From Trypethelium eluteriae (taxonomy: Eukaryota), in NCBI GenBank assembly GCA_051942245.1, contig JAVECL010000036.1:62001-84934 (forward strand): a stretch of 22,934 nucleotides of DNA, read 5' to 3'. The position numbers and the translations under genes are program-made. The notes beneath the pieces are model-generated. The model did no database searches. It was not told the origin of the DNA and saw only the letters and a list, made by a program, of their open reading frames with translations. The first letter of the stretch is position 1. The number at the start of each line of letters is the position of its first letter. Shown here piece by piece: positions 10,540 through 20,477 of the stretch.

Positions 10540-11434
10540 TGACGGCTTCACTTTATGCAGAGGCGTTGCTGATATTCGATACCTATCGATTCCCAGGAGT
10601 TCTACAGGGTAGGCTATTTGGACTACGTCTACGAGTTCTAATCTCTTATAATACAGCAGCTCAGCATCTAACCCTACTCTCAATGGTCCAAAGAAAACTA
10701 GCCTGCTTCCGCTTCCTGAGATCGAAAATCCCTCTTATCAAGACTTTTGGTGACATCTTATGAACGATAACACATTCAATAACCCATCCAGAAAGATGGA
10801 GAGCTTGAATGCCTTGGAATACTTACGTCTTTACTTCTTCGTACCCTTCAACCCTCGTACCCTTCTACCGTCGCCCTCAAGAGCCTTATCGCCTATGTAT
10901 GGATATCTAGTGTTGTAACGGGTCTTGCGCTTGTGCTGGTCGTTGCTTTCCATGAAAAGACTAAGAATCTACGTTCATGACCGAGTATCAATTCTCGATC
11001 TGAACGAGTTCACACTATTTTACGACGGTCTGAGAGTCCTCATCACCACTTCTGAAACAAAGTTGACATTGGTTTAACTTCCACGCCTGCCAACGACACG
11101 ACAGGCCGTCTCGGTAATGTCATATCATATGGTCAGAGAGCTTTGCTCCATTGCGAAAGTCAGCAATCCTAATTAATGCTTGACAGCCTTCACTCCCGTT
11201 GAATGGGTCGACTTGTCTGAACAACCACAATTTGACGATCGGAGCAATACCCTGGAAAAGCAATGACCGTCCGCACTTCCCTCCATGAGCTGGCTCCGAG
11301 AGGCGAGATACTATTTTAAATTGGTTGCCAGATCCGATTGCTCTTCAATACGCAATCAATGATTGTACTTTCATCCAGGAATGCGCTACGCTGAAACCGT
11401 AAGAGTTGACTGATTATCAAGGGTCTCCCCATGA

Positions 11435-13112
11435 TCAGATCTTCGCCGCACTCGTAGACGATGGAGGCGGCGAGGCGGTGTCTCTTCTGACCTTCTTGTC
11501 ACCTAATGATACTCCGATTCTTCGCACTACGAGCCAAGCAGGTAGAAGAGAAATGGCCCATAACCCGAAGTTGAGATACACGCCTCCTACGGAAGCCATG
11601 ACCGCAACACTATTCACTCCATACTGTTTCCGTCAGCACTTTGTGGTAAAGCTAGGATGAATAGCTATCTTTGCCGTACACTAATAGCTTGCCAGGCAGA
11701 CTCAACACCACGCAAAAGTCCTGCAGTTCTGACAACTTCGGCTGAGGTATCTGCTAGATTGCTGATTACGAAGTACCTTGTTTTGGTATTAGCACACAAA
11801 CCAAATGAAGGTGTCTCCTACTCACAAATACAGGTAGTTCACCTGAAATCCCAAGACCAAGAACAGAAACAATGCAAATGCTTTCCCGAATCCAGCGTCT
11901 GTCCAATCACAAGTCGGATGAGTCTTATGAAAGTCTGATACTAGCACTGTTGCCCATATCCACCAAGCACCTTGTAACGTGAGAATGACAAAGAAAGCAG
12001 TTCTAGCACGAGTCTTCAATAACAGTCCAGTTCGATCGAGGAATCCTCCAAGCAGATTACCGGCAATGATTGCCACGATTCCGGACAAAAACGAACCCAG
12101 AGAACGAGCGCGAACACTGAACCAGAGAGATTCATAAGTGAACATGACCGCTTCGGCGTATACTCCTTGTCCAATGAGTGTCACAATCAACAGGAAATCT
12201 TTACTGAAGAAAAGTTTCGCCGTAAGCAGGAATTCCTGTCTGATGGAGTTCGTAATCCTCATATCTACGCGAGCGTTGTCTTTGCGCTGGACCTTTTCGG
12301 GTCTGTTAAGAAGTAAGCCTGCGACTGGACCCAGGGCTTGAAGTGCTATGAAGGCCTGATAGACATGATAAGAAACCTTGCCGGCTTGATTGTTTTTGGC
12401 ATTGAGTCCAAGGTTTATGGACTACACTGCTGTCAATACTGACGTCTATTGAATCGAAGACAAGCTTGCCGCATACGCCACCCAACACTTGACCGCCTAC
12501 TCGAAAGCTCAACCAAAATCCCAGGAATCGGCCTTGATTGTATGGTTCTGGGTATGAGAGAGCTATCGCAGCCTCTGCCATCCAGAATATGCCTGCAGAG
12601 ATACCACATAAAGCCGCACCGAAGAGAACAAGCCATTCTGTTCCGAATCGGTTGTTGGTATATAGTCCAGCTGCATAGGGAGCATAGCCCATAGTTCCAA
12701 CGATCAAACTCCATTCAATACCGATATAGCAGACAATGACACTGCTGAAGCTACAAGAGACAACCATCAGGCAGAAAGTTAGAGCATTGGCACCGTTGAC
12801 AAGATATGGTTTTTCTTCACCACCAGCTCCGAGAGAGTTCATTGCTATGGGCTTTGTCTTTAGCATTCCTCACTTCACGGCTAGACGAGATTGTTACCTC
12901 CCCATATTCCAGGAGCAAGAAAATTGTACACTCCTAGTATCAATGCGTTGTACATGGTCGATCGATACCATTTCACTACACTTTCTTTAATTTTGATATT
13001 GTGGAGACGACTTTCTTTAAGCTACATTACCTTTGGCTTCGGGAAGATTGTCTGGACCTTCCCGTCTGCCCGCAGATACCTCTACATCTGATTTGTCTTC
13101 GGATTTATCCAT
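11435..13112 (-). CDS. UNC-93-like major facilitator superfamily transporter (DUF895-type), about 469 aa, 6 exons
   Basis: Exons 13112-13031, 12975-12898, 12844-12477, 12421-11826, 11776-11680, 11623-11435. Introns are 49-56 nt, GT...AG, and the spliced frame is continuous. Family motifs: KWYRSTMYNALILG..NFLAPGIWGAMNSLGAGG, YAPYAAGLY, GAALCGISAGIFWMAEAAIALSYPE...GRF, WFSVRARSLGS, GLLRGVESAWQAISYG. Confidence 0.9.
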
Positions 13113-13303
13113 TTTGGAGTTATATCTTGCCAAAGGTGATTGTTTTGATACCTAATGCCAATCTGTGACATGGTGGATTTATGTACTAGCTCTGCTATCT
13201 ACAGTACCAGCTAAAGATGCTATCTCTTTGGCGCGCTATTGCGTCTCCTCCGCTCCGCGACAGCGAATCAGTGGTCTTGGCCCTCAGGACGTTGAGAAAA
13301 ATC

Positions 13304-13340
13304 TGCGGAACATATTTTGTGCTGTCCGCTTGGACCCGCA
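13304..13340. promoter_or_regulatory. Inverted element TGCGG-N27-CCGCA in the transporter promoter (copy A)
   Basis: TGCGGAACATATTTTGTGCTGTCCGCTTGGACCCGCA, about 190-230 bp upstream of the transporter ATG. Same ends and same 37-bp length as copy B at 15229-15265. CGG triplets are typical Zn2Cys6 half-sites. Confidence 0.5.
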
Positions 13341-13486
13341 TTGTGCACGCTGACGTGCTCGCACGGAATTGCGCCTAGGTATTGCATGCTTTGAGCTTGG
13401 GCCTGTGGAGTAAAAGCTCTGCATTTAAACCGAATTGCATTGAATCTTGAGCAAGATTACAGTCTGTACATTGATCATACGCCTTT

Positions 13487-14926
13487 TTAGGAGCCATTTA
13501 GGCTTGCTGGCTGTTCCTCTCCTGCTTTCCAGGAATACTTCGCGCCAGGATGCGACTTGGATAATCTGTTTTGACTTTTCTGACCAAGATAATTCTCTCT
13601 CAGTGATCCTCCAGGTACTGCATAATCCTCCCAAAACAAACCGCGCTTCCTGAGTTCTGGCAGTAGTAGAGTGACAATATCCCGGAAGGTCTCGGGAACA
13701 GATGCGTAGCTAAAATTGAAACCATCAACATCCGCAACCTCGACCCATCTCTCCAGTTCGTTTGCGACAGTGATTGGACTTCCGATCAGTTTGGCGCCAT
13801 TTCCACCTAGGATGAGCCACTCTGCGATTGTCTTTTTATTCCATGTAAGGCCTTGTGGACTCACTTGTGCCCAATGGTTCACCATGCTCCTAACAGCTGG
13901 CGGAGCTGACTCGCTGAACCTGAAATCTTCGTCATCAGCATATTTGCTGAGATCATAAGCAGACCATCCACCGAACAAGGCAAGCGCTCCTTCATGATCA
14001 CCGTAGGAAGCTAGCTCCTTATACTTCTCCTGTGCTGCTTCATCCGTCTCAGCGACAATAACCAGAAGTCCTGTGACTATCTTGATACTCTGTGGATCTC
14101 GTCCCAAATCTGCGGCTTGTTTTCTGATGCTCTCTACTGAGGGTTTGACCAACCCCGGGGTATGTCCATTGAGAAAAATAGCCTCCGCATGCGTTGCAGC
14201 AAAGGTACGACCTGCAGTTGAAGTCCCGGCTTGAAAAAGGAACGGTGTACGTTGCCGAGAAGGTTCACAGAGATGAGGACCGGGAACATTGAAGTACTTT
14301 CCCTTATGATGAATCTCTCTCACGCTTTTGGGATCGGCATATGCACCTTGAGGATTGCCGGGTGGAAGAACAGCATCATCTCGCCACGAGCCTTCCCACA
14401 ATTTGTAAACAACTTCCATGTATTCATTCGCAATACGATAACGCTCATCGTGTTCAATTTGAGCATTCAAAGAAAAATTCCTAGCTGCTGAATCCAGATA
14501 TGAGGTCACAATATTCCAGGCAACCCTACCATTACTCAATTGGTCGACCGTTGAGAACCTTCTTGCCATCGCATATGGTGCTTCATAGGTGGTAGATGCT
14601 GTCACGCCGAATCCAATGCTTTCAGTCACTGCAGCCATGGCCGGAATGGTATATAGAGGATCGTTAATTGGAAATTGACTGGCCGCAGGTATAGTTGGTT
14701 CAAGGTTAGCAGGGCCTTTGTACACATCGTAACCACCAAGAACATCCGCGAAGAAGATAGCATGGAATTTGGCTTCTTCTAACTCTTTTGCTAATTCCAT
14801 CCAATGATGTATCGAATTGTACTTGCGGCCTTCATCTTTGGGGTATTTGAAGAGACCTGGATTTAAGTGACCAGGTGCCTGCATAGCAAAGGCGTTGATT
14901 ATGTATTGCTTTTTTGTTCCCGCCAT
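13487..14926 (-). CDS. Bacterial luciferase-like FMNH2-dependent monooxygenase, NtaA/SnaA/DszA family (LadA/DmoA-like subgroup), 479 aa, intronless
   Basis: ATG at 14926 (MAGTKKQYIINAF; the TTG start in the ORF track is not appropriate for a fungus). Motifs FHAIFFADVLGGYDVY, QFPINDP, TASTTYEAPYAMARRFST.D.LSNGRVAWNIVTS, EHDERY..A.EY.EV.YKLWEGSW, HKGKYFNVPGPHLCEPSRQRTP.LFQAG.S, VDGFN, LLPELRKRG, GSLRE. These closely follow Geobacillus LadA / DmoA-type sequences as I recall them. Confidence 0.95.
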   Translation of the reverse strand: MAGTKKQYIINAFAMQAPGHLNPGLFKYPKDEGRKYNSIHHWMELAKELEEAKFHAIFFADVLGGYDVYKGPANLEPTIPAASQFPINDPLYTIPAMAAVTESIGFGVTASTTYEAPYAMARRFSTVDQLSNGRVAWNIVTSYLDSAARNFSLNAQIEHDERYRIANEYMEVVYKLWEGSWRDDAVLPPGNPQGAYADPKSVREIHHKGKYFNVPGPHLCEPSRQRTPFLFQAGTSTAGRTFAATHAEAIFLNGHTPGLVKPSVESIRKQAADLGRDPQSIKIVTGLLVIVAETDEAAQEKYKELASYGDHEGALALFGGWSAYDLSKYADDEDFRFSESAPPAVRSMVNHWAQVSPQGLTWNKKTIAEWLILGGNGAKLIGSPITVANELERWVEVADVDGFNFSYASVPETFRDIVTLLLPELRKRGLFWEDYAVPGGSLRENYLGQKSQNRLSKSHPGAKYSWKAGEEQPASLNGS

Positions 14927-15228
14927 GTCATATGCAGCGCGATTCAAATCTGGCAATAGACGCAATGAAAAATGAATACAAAGTCTCCGTCAAGTTGTGA
15001 ATGGAGACGTTTGCTGAACATGCCTTTTGGCCTGGCACTCGAATTGGAACATAAGGTATTCGTGTCGACGTAACTCAAGGGCCGAACGAATCATGTTTGC
15101 AACTCTGTGCAAGGCTTTCTACCCCCGTGGACGCATTGCAGGCCCAAGCGTGACGATGATTGAGTCTCGATGGCGTAAGAGCTCGTTTTGGGGTAAGTTC
15201 TTGCACTATGCCATGATAAGATATTCGA

Positions 15229-15265
15229 TGCGGAATATTTTGACGTCTGCATACATCGTCCCGCA
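15229..15265. promoter_or_regulatory. Inverted element TGCGG-N27-CCGCA in the divergent monooxygenase promoter (copy B)
   Basis: TGCGGAATATTTTGACGTCTGCATACATCGTCCCGCA, extending to a 7-bp inverted repeat GATGCGG...CCGCATC. It lies in the 546-bp gap between the ATGs at 14926 and 15473 and is flanked by opposed GATA sites (TGATAA 15214-15219, TTATCT 15288-15293). Confidence 0.5.
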
Positions 15266-15472
15266 TCATTTCCCCCTCAACGAAGCCTTATCTCGGAAAT
15301 TTCGTCATCGCAAAGCTCATGACAAATTTGTTTCGCGGGAAGAGAATGTCCAAAATTACAGAGGAGATGACTCGCTGGCCATCAGACATGCTCAAATCAC
15401 ACGTGTTAGGAAGGGGGCGGCGAAGAGCAGGGCTATTTGATCCAACAAGAAAACCACTTCAGGAGTGTCAAC

Positions 15473-17417
15473 ATGTCACAAGAAGTGCCTCTTCTGCACA
15501 TTCTTCCTAAAACTGTGAATGAGAATTCTGCGGTAGTCTCTGATCTGTCCACTCGGCCCGATGGTCTCATCCCAGGAACGGCGATCCAATCCGATCTTGA
15601 CATCGGTGCGAAGCATGGAGGTTTTGCATTGGAAGAGCACTCCATAGATGCAACGCCTGATTTGAAGGTTCTCCAGATTCAAGTCGGAATTGTTCTTCGG
15701 CAAATCTGATTCTCTCTGCATATACAGGTTGCCGCTATTGGTGCGGGGATTTCTGGCATCGTTGCTTCAGTCCTCTTACCCATAAAGGTTCCGGGTATCC
15801 AGCTCACCGTTATTGAGAAGAACTCTGATGTGGTAAGCTTAGCTTCTCCTGCTCCTACTTCAACCGTTCTCATGTCAAGCTCAGGGAGGCACATGGTTCG
15901 AAAATGTCTACCCCGGAATTCGTTGCGATATTCCTGCCCACGTATACCAATCGACCTTCGAACCCAATACCCAATGGAGTGAGGAATATGCACAAGGCAG
16001 GGAAATACGTGATTATTGGCAGCGTATTGCAAGGAAATATGACATATACAAGTATTTGCGTACCAATACAAAGGTCCTCGAGGCAGGATGGAAAGAAATG
16101 GCCGCACAATGGACCCTAAGCTTGGAGAATACCAAGACTGGCTCAAAATATGAAGACTCCTTCGATGTGGTTGTTACAGCCATCGGGAGGTTCAATGATT
16201 GGAAGCTTCCTGATTATCCAGGCATCAAAACATTTGCTGGACATCTGCGACATGCCAGCAACTGGGATCCGACTTTCAATCCGGAAGGCAAGACTGTTGC
16301 AGTAATTGGAAATGGTGCAAGTGGACTTCAAGTCGTGCCAAATTTACAGAAGATTGTCAAGAGACTTGATCACTATGCAAGAAGCCCTACGTGGATTGCT
16401 GGTTCCTTTGCTGGAGAAGGTGAAGGTAGAAAACTTGAACCGAACTACTTTTCCGAGGAGCAATTGAGGACCTTTGGAGATCCCTTCGAATATCTGAAAT
16501 ACCGCAGACGACTGGAAGCGAAGTTCTTCCGAAGGTTCGAGACCGTCTTCAGAGGTTCAGACGCAAATAAGAATTTGACTCGGCAATTCAGTACAGCAAT
16601 GGCTGATCGATTGAAACGGAAACCAGAAATACTTGATTATATATTGCCAAGCTTTTCTCCAAATTGCAGACGACTTACTCCAGGACCTGGATATCTCGAA
16701 GCACTCACGGAAGACAATGTCAACTTTATTCCGACGCCGATATCGGAGTTTACCAAAGATGGCATAGTGACAGCAGACAAAATCGAACGAAAGGTAGAAG
16801 CCGTCATCTGCTGTACCGGCGCCAATATTGACATGCTTCCCCCCTTTCCCATCAAAAGTCAAGCGGGAACACTTCAAGATACATGGAAGCCAGATCCCTA
16901 TACATATATTGGAATAGCGACACCGAATTTTCCGAATCTTCTCTTCATCCAGGGACCAAATGGCACTGGTGTCAGTGGTACTGTCCCGAATCAGATTGAA
17001 ACTCAGGTCACTTATATCGCTCAATTACTGAGGAAGGTCAAACAACAGAGCATCAAAACTTTTAGTCCACTGAAAGAGGCAGCCGATGACTTTGTGGAAT
17101 ACAGTGATGCATTCTTTGCGCGAACTGTCTGGACAGATCAATGCAAGTCATGGGCGAATAGTGGAAAACCCGGAGGAAGGATACATGGGCATTGGCCGGG
17201 AAGTGCATCCCAACTCAACATTGTACGCCGCAGCCCAAGATGGGAGGACTGGGAATGGACCTATCGCTCGGAGACTGGAAACCGATTTGCGTACTTTGGC
17301 AATGGCTGGACGACAAAAGAAGAAATCCCTAGCGAAGACTCAGATCTTGTGCAATATCTGCAGCAGCCACATGCTGTTGACTTGAGGATTTATCATGAAG
17401 AATGGTTTAGTGTTTAG
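15473..17417 (+). CDS. Type I Baeyer-Villiger monooxygenase (class B flavoprotein monooxygenase; StcW/MoxY-like family), about 610 aa, 3 exons
   Basis: Exons 15473-15667, 15728-15832, 15885-17417; introns 15668-15727 and 15833-15884. FAD Rossmann motif AIGAGISG; BVMO fingerprints GGTWFENVYPGIRCD and FAGHLRHASNWD; NADPH Rossmann motif VIGNGASG; CRRLTPGPGYL; ICCTG. Confidence 0.94.
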
Positions 17418-17600
17418 AATGTCATCATGAGTGATAGTGACTTTATGAAGTATGATGACCTTTCAACGCATCCAATCTACAAACATGTCCCCGGCAGGTA
17501 TCTTGACTATTTGTTGAACCAGAGGACATGGAAACCCCCAGTGCATATTCTCTGCTAATTGTGGCTCTTGTAGGATTGTGCGTCCATGCTGGAGAAAGGA

Positions 17601-18358
17601 CTATGTACAGAAAGGCTCTAAACCGGTTCTAATGAACTCTTCAATTTTGGCTAATCCATACAGGTTATTTTCACGCCGCGCAAACTTGAATTGATCTTTC
17701 GTCCAGCCGCCTGTCCCTGCCTTGAGCCCAAGCTTTTCTCCTTCTGATGTACTTGAGTCGAAGTCTCCAATAACCCAGCTGTTGCCATGAGAGTAAATGT
17801 TATGTGGATTGATGTCGCAATGAATGATACCAAGTTTGTGAAGGTGCTCAATTCCCGATCGTATCTCTTTCAAGCATGATAGTCTGTCAAAAGGCTCAGA
17901 GGCCTTGACTCTTGAGCCAAATTGGCTCCATATCTCAGGAAACATAGCCTTGTGATTCTGCCGCCGTCAACCACACACCCGAGGTATTGAGCAATATTTG
18001 GATGTGGACATTTCCTCAAAGTCTCACAAATTTGCGCCTCATGAAGTACGAGTGTACTTATCTCAGTGGATGTCTTACTATCACCATAGGATAGTGAAGA
18101 GGGACGTTTGACGTAAAGATTTTGCAGCAGTGGTTCTGGTGCTCGTGTAAAGCTTGTCGGAAACTCTGGCCAAATATCTGAGGTGCGCATTGGAATACAG
18201 GTAAGCTCGGAAGGATCGATCTCGTCGATGCTACGGAAACGGCGATGAGTAACGGCGTAATGGTATTCGGAGTCTCCTTTGAGGATAACCTTGGTATGAG
18301 AAAATTCAAGGTCGTCGTTCCTTCCCACAAACACTTCGCAGCTCTCTAAAATCTCCAT
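17601..18358 (-). pseudogene. Small fungal protein-kinase-like gene with a 1-nt frameshift (pseudogene or sequencing error); about 252 aa if repaired
   Basis: N-lobe YVKRP...EAQICETLRKCPHPNIAQYLGCVV is in one frame; C-lobe GIEHLHKLGIIHCDINPHNI...VIGDFDS...GTGGW is in another. The junction TTG GCT CAA GAG TC is repaired by one extra A (CAA AGA GTC) at about 17912-17913. No room or signals for an intron there. Confidence 0.8.
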
Positions 18359-18361
18359 CAC

Positions 18362-18604
18362 CTATATTGATTAGCTGCCAAATATTATGAAAGGTCATTG
18401 ATATAACATACTTTTACAAGAGTGTTCCCCGAGCGAACGGAAGCGTACCTGGAAGAAAATGCCATCTGCAACCTGGAATCGTAGATCACAGTCGTCAAAG
18501 ACGTATTTGGGTTTGGATACACGACTGTTTACGCTCCGAACTGACACAAGTACAGTTACAAGTACAGTCACAATATACAACGGGAGCACGTCGCTAAGAG
18601 ACAT
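18362..18604 (-). other. Putative upstream exon plus intron spliced in frame to the kinase-like gene; the exon end resembles the start of a BTB domain
   Basis: CAG|GTACGC donor at 18448, GCTAAT branch point, TAG acceptor at 18362 (87 nt). This joins ...KYVFDDCDLRFQVADGIFFQ to VMEILESCE in phase 0. Candidate ATG at 18604 (or 18688). Confidence 0.45.
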
Positions 18605-20477
18605 TCCAGCATTATAAAAGCTACATGTACACTTTATTGAGGAATTTAAAGTTGCTTCAGAGGACCTTGAGATGGAATTACGTTCCATGGGTTGACATTA
18701 CCTCACTAATATTAATGCATGTATCAATTTATACCTTCCTCTCTCTCAACTTATCGTGAGCGAAGCTGTATCTGTGGAAATACATGTGGGATTGGGTTCC
18801 ATCATAGTTGTCACCACGTTCGCTCTGATGTATATAGTCATCTTCACAATCCTCCGGAAACTCAGACCTTAAATCTAAAATCAACGGCTATTCATTCCAC
18901 AGACTCAACAACTTGAAGTTCTACAACACAACACTCTATTTAGCTCCAAATTCAGCCACAGATTTGGGTAGAAGCTTACACGCGTCAAAGCGAGCAAAAG
19001 TGTGTGTCCGTTCAGCGCAGAAAGCGAGTAGAACTGCACTCGTATCAAGAAAAGATAGGGATGTGGCACGAGGTATATAGCAAGCGAGGCTAATGTAATT
19101 CGACCGTGGGATAGAAGAACGCATTCAGTCAGGCTGCGACCACCAAGCGAATAATAAAATAAATGAAGTAGTCTTTACAAACGATCTCAAATGCTGTGAA
19201 CCGGTGGCCGTCTTCAAGGTGAGGAAAAAGCCACAACAATGAGCATCGCACTCTTGGAACTTTAACTATTCTGCAGCCTATTTATACTCTCCCGAATGAC
19301 CGCGAAGCACTTTGGGGCTAGCCGCATTACTGTATGTGTTTGCATCGATAATAGCAAACCCGGTGGGTTCCAAGGGCAATGTAACCAACAGCATTTCAAG
19401 AAACTTGAGACTGACAACCGGCACGACAAATAGTAAAGGTGATTGACCCGCTCATAACACACATTTGCGAGACGGCGGCATCTGTAGTCTTTTGGGGAAA
19501 TGGAATTCGGTAGGTACGGCTAAGTTCGAAGCTGATCAGCTTGCGTGCCAAGTCTTCGCACAGCCACAAGCCTGATAGCCACCGGGAGTAAATTACACCA
19601 TGACTTGATCTGTGGCTGAGTATAATTGCAGAAGCTTTCCACCATCCGCCACCTGAGACTGTAATCCTCGTAGCATGTGCGAGAGCTTGGCGCGAAGCAA
19701 TGAGAGAGACAAAATCAGAAATGTACAATCCTTCTTGAGAGTTGCTGACAGCAATGCCGGTTATCGTGGCATCACAATTTTCCTGGTGCACCAAGCGATT
19801 CTCTTCATCTTAACGAATCAGTTAAATGCAAAGCTCACGACACCTCCGTTTCTGGAAAGTAGAGTAAGTTAGAACTTAAACTTTAGGCGTCATGCAAATG
19901 CGGTAGATACGGATGGGTGTCAATATTTTGGCTGTCCAGTTATGTTCGATTTGATCGATCCCCGACCGGTTTTTGATCACAACGGTCAGTCGGAGCGGTT
20001 ATCTCCCATCTGTTGCTTTTTCCTTGAAACATAACCGTTTAAGTGGAGCGAATACAAGGTCTTGATTGGTAACTTCGGAACTTCTGGAACAGCGAACACC
20101 GAAATTGGGATTCTTGCGATTAGGAACTTGGATCATTAATAGGCATTCGACGCTGGTCCACGAGGCATTGGGGTTCGCAGTCCCGAAAGTTTGTTACTAA
20201 AGCGTCTGATTGTGAACGGGACTTCCGACTACGTACAAGAGCACATGGCACACTAGGTATTCTTGAACTCTAATAATCGATCAAAGTTGCGGACTGTTTC
20301 GCGTCATCCACATATCCAGTAACAGCCTTCATCGTTTATCAAATCCCGAAGTGGATACCTTTGGCAGCCTCTTTATTAAACGAAAACCTCCGATTACACA
20401 AACAGAATTCGACATCAAATTCCAAAAGCTTTAGTTCTTTGTGTTCTTGCGACCTGGATAATCCAATCTCGGTCATC

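Noticed and set aside
10021..10683. Hydrophobic Phe/Leu/Ser-rich minus-strand ORFs
   Set aside because: Antisense of the GAA/AAG-rich tail of the IQ protein.
10840..10870. Short direct repeat CGTACCC(C)TTC twice
   Set aside because: Two short units in pyrimidine-rich intergenic DNA; not an array or element end.
14927..14965. TTG-initiated N-terminal extension of the luciferase-like enzyme in the ORF track
   Set aside because: Eukaryotic gene; family similarity begins right after the ATG at 14926.
18719..19872. Several 60-130 aa ORFs on both strands
   Set aside because: No motifs, no coherent exon chain, and no transposase or RT signature recognised.
20150..20190. GGGGTTCGCAGTCCC resembling a tRNA T-arm
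   Set aside because: Wrong loop size and no acceptor stem or D-arm could be folded.
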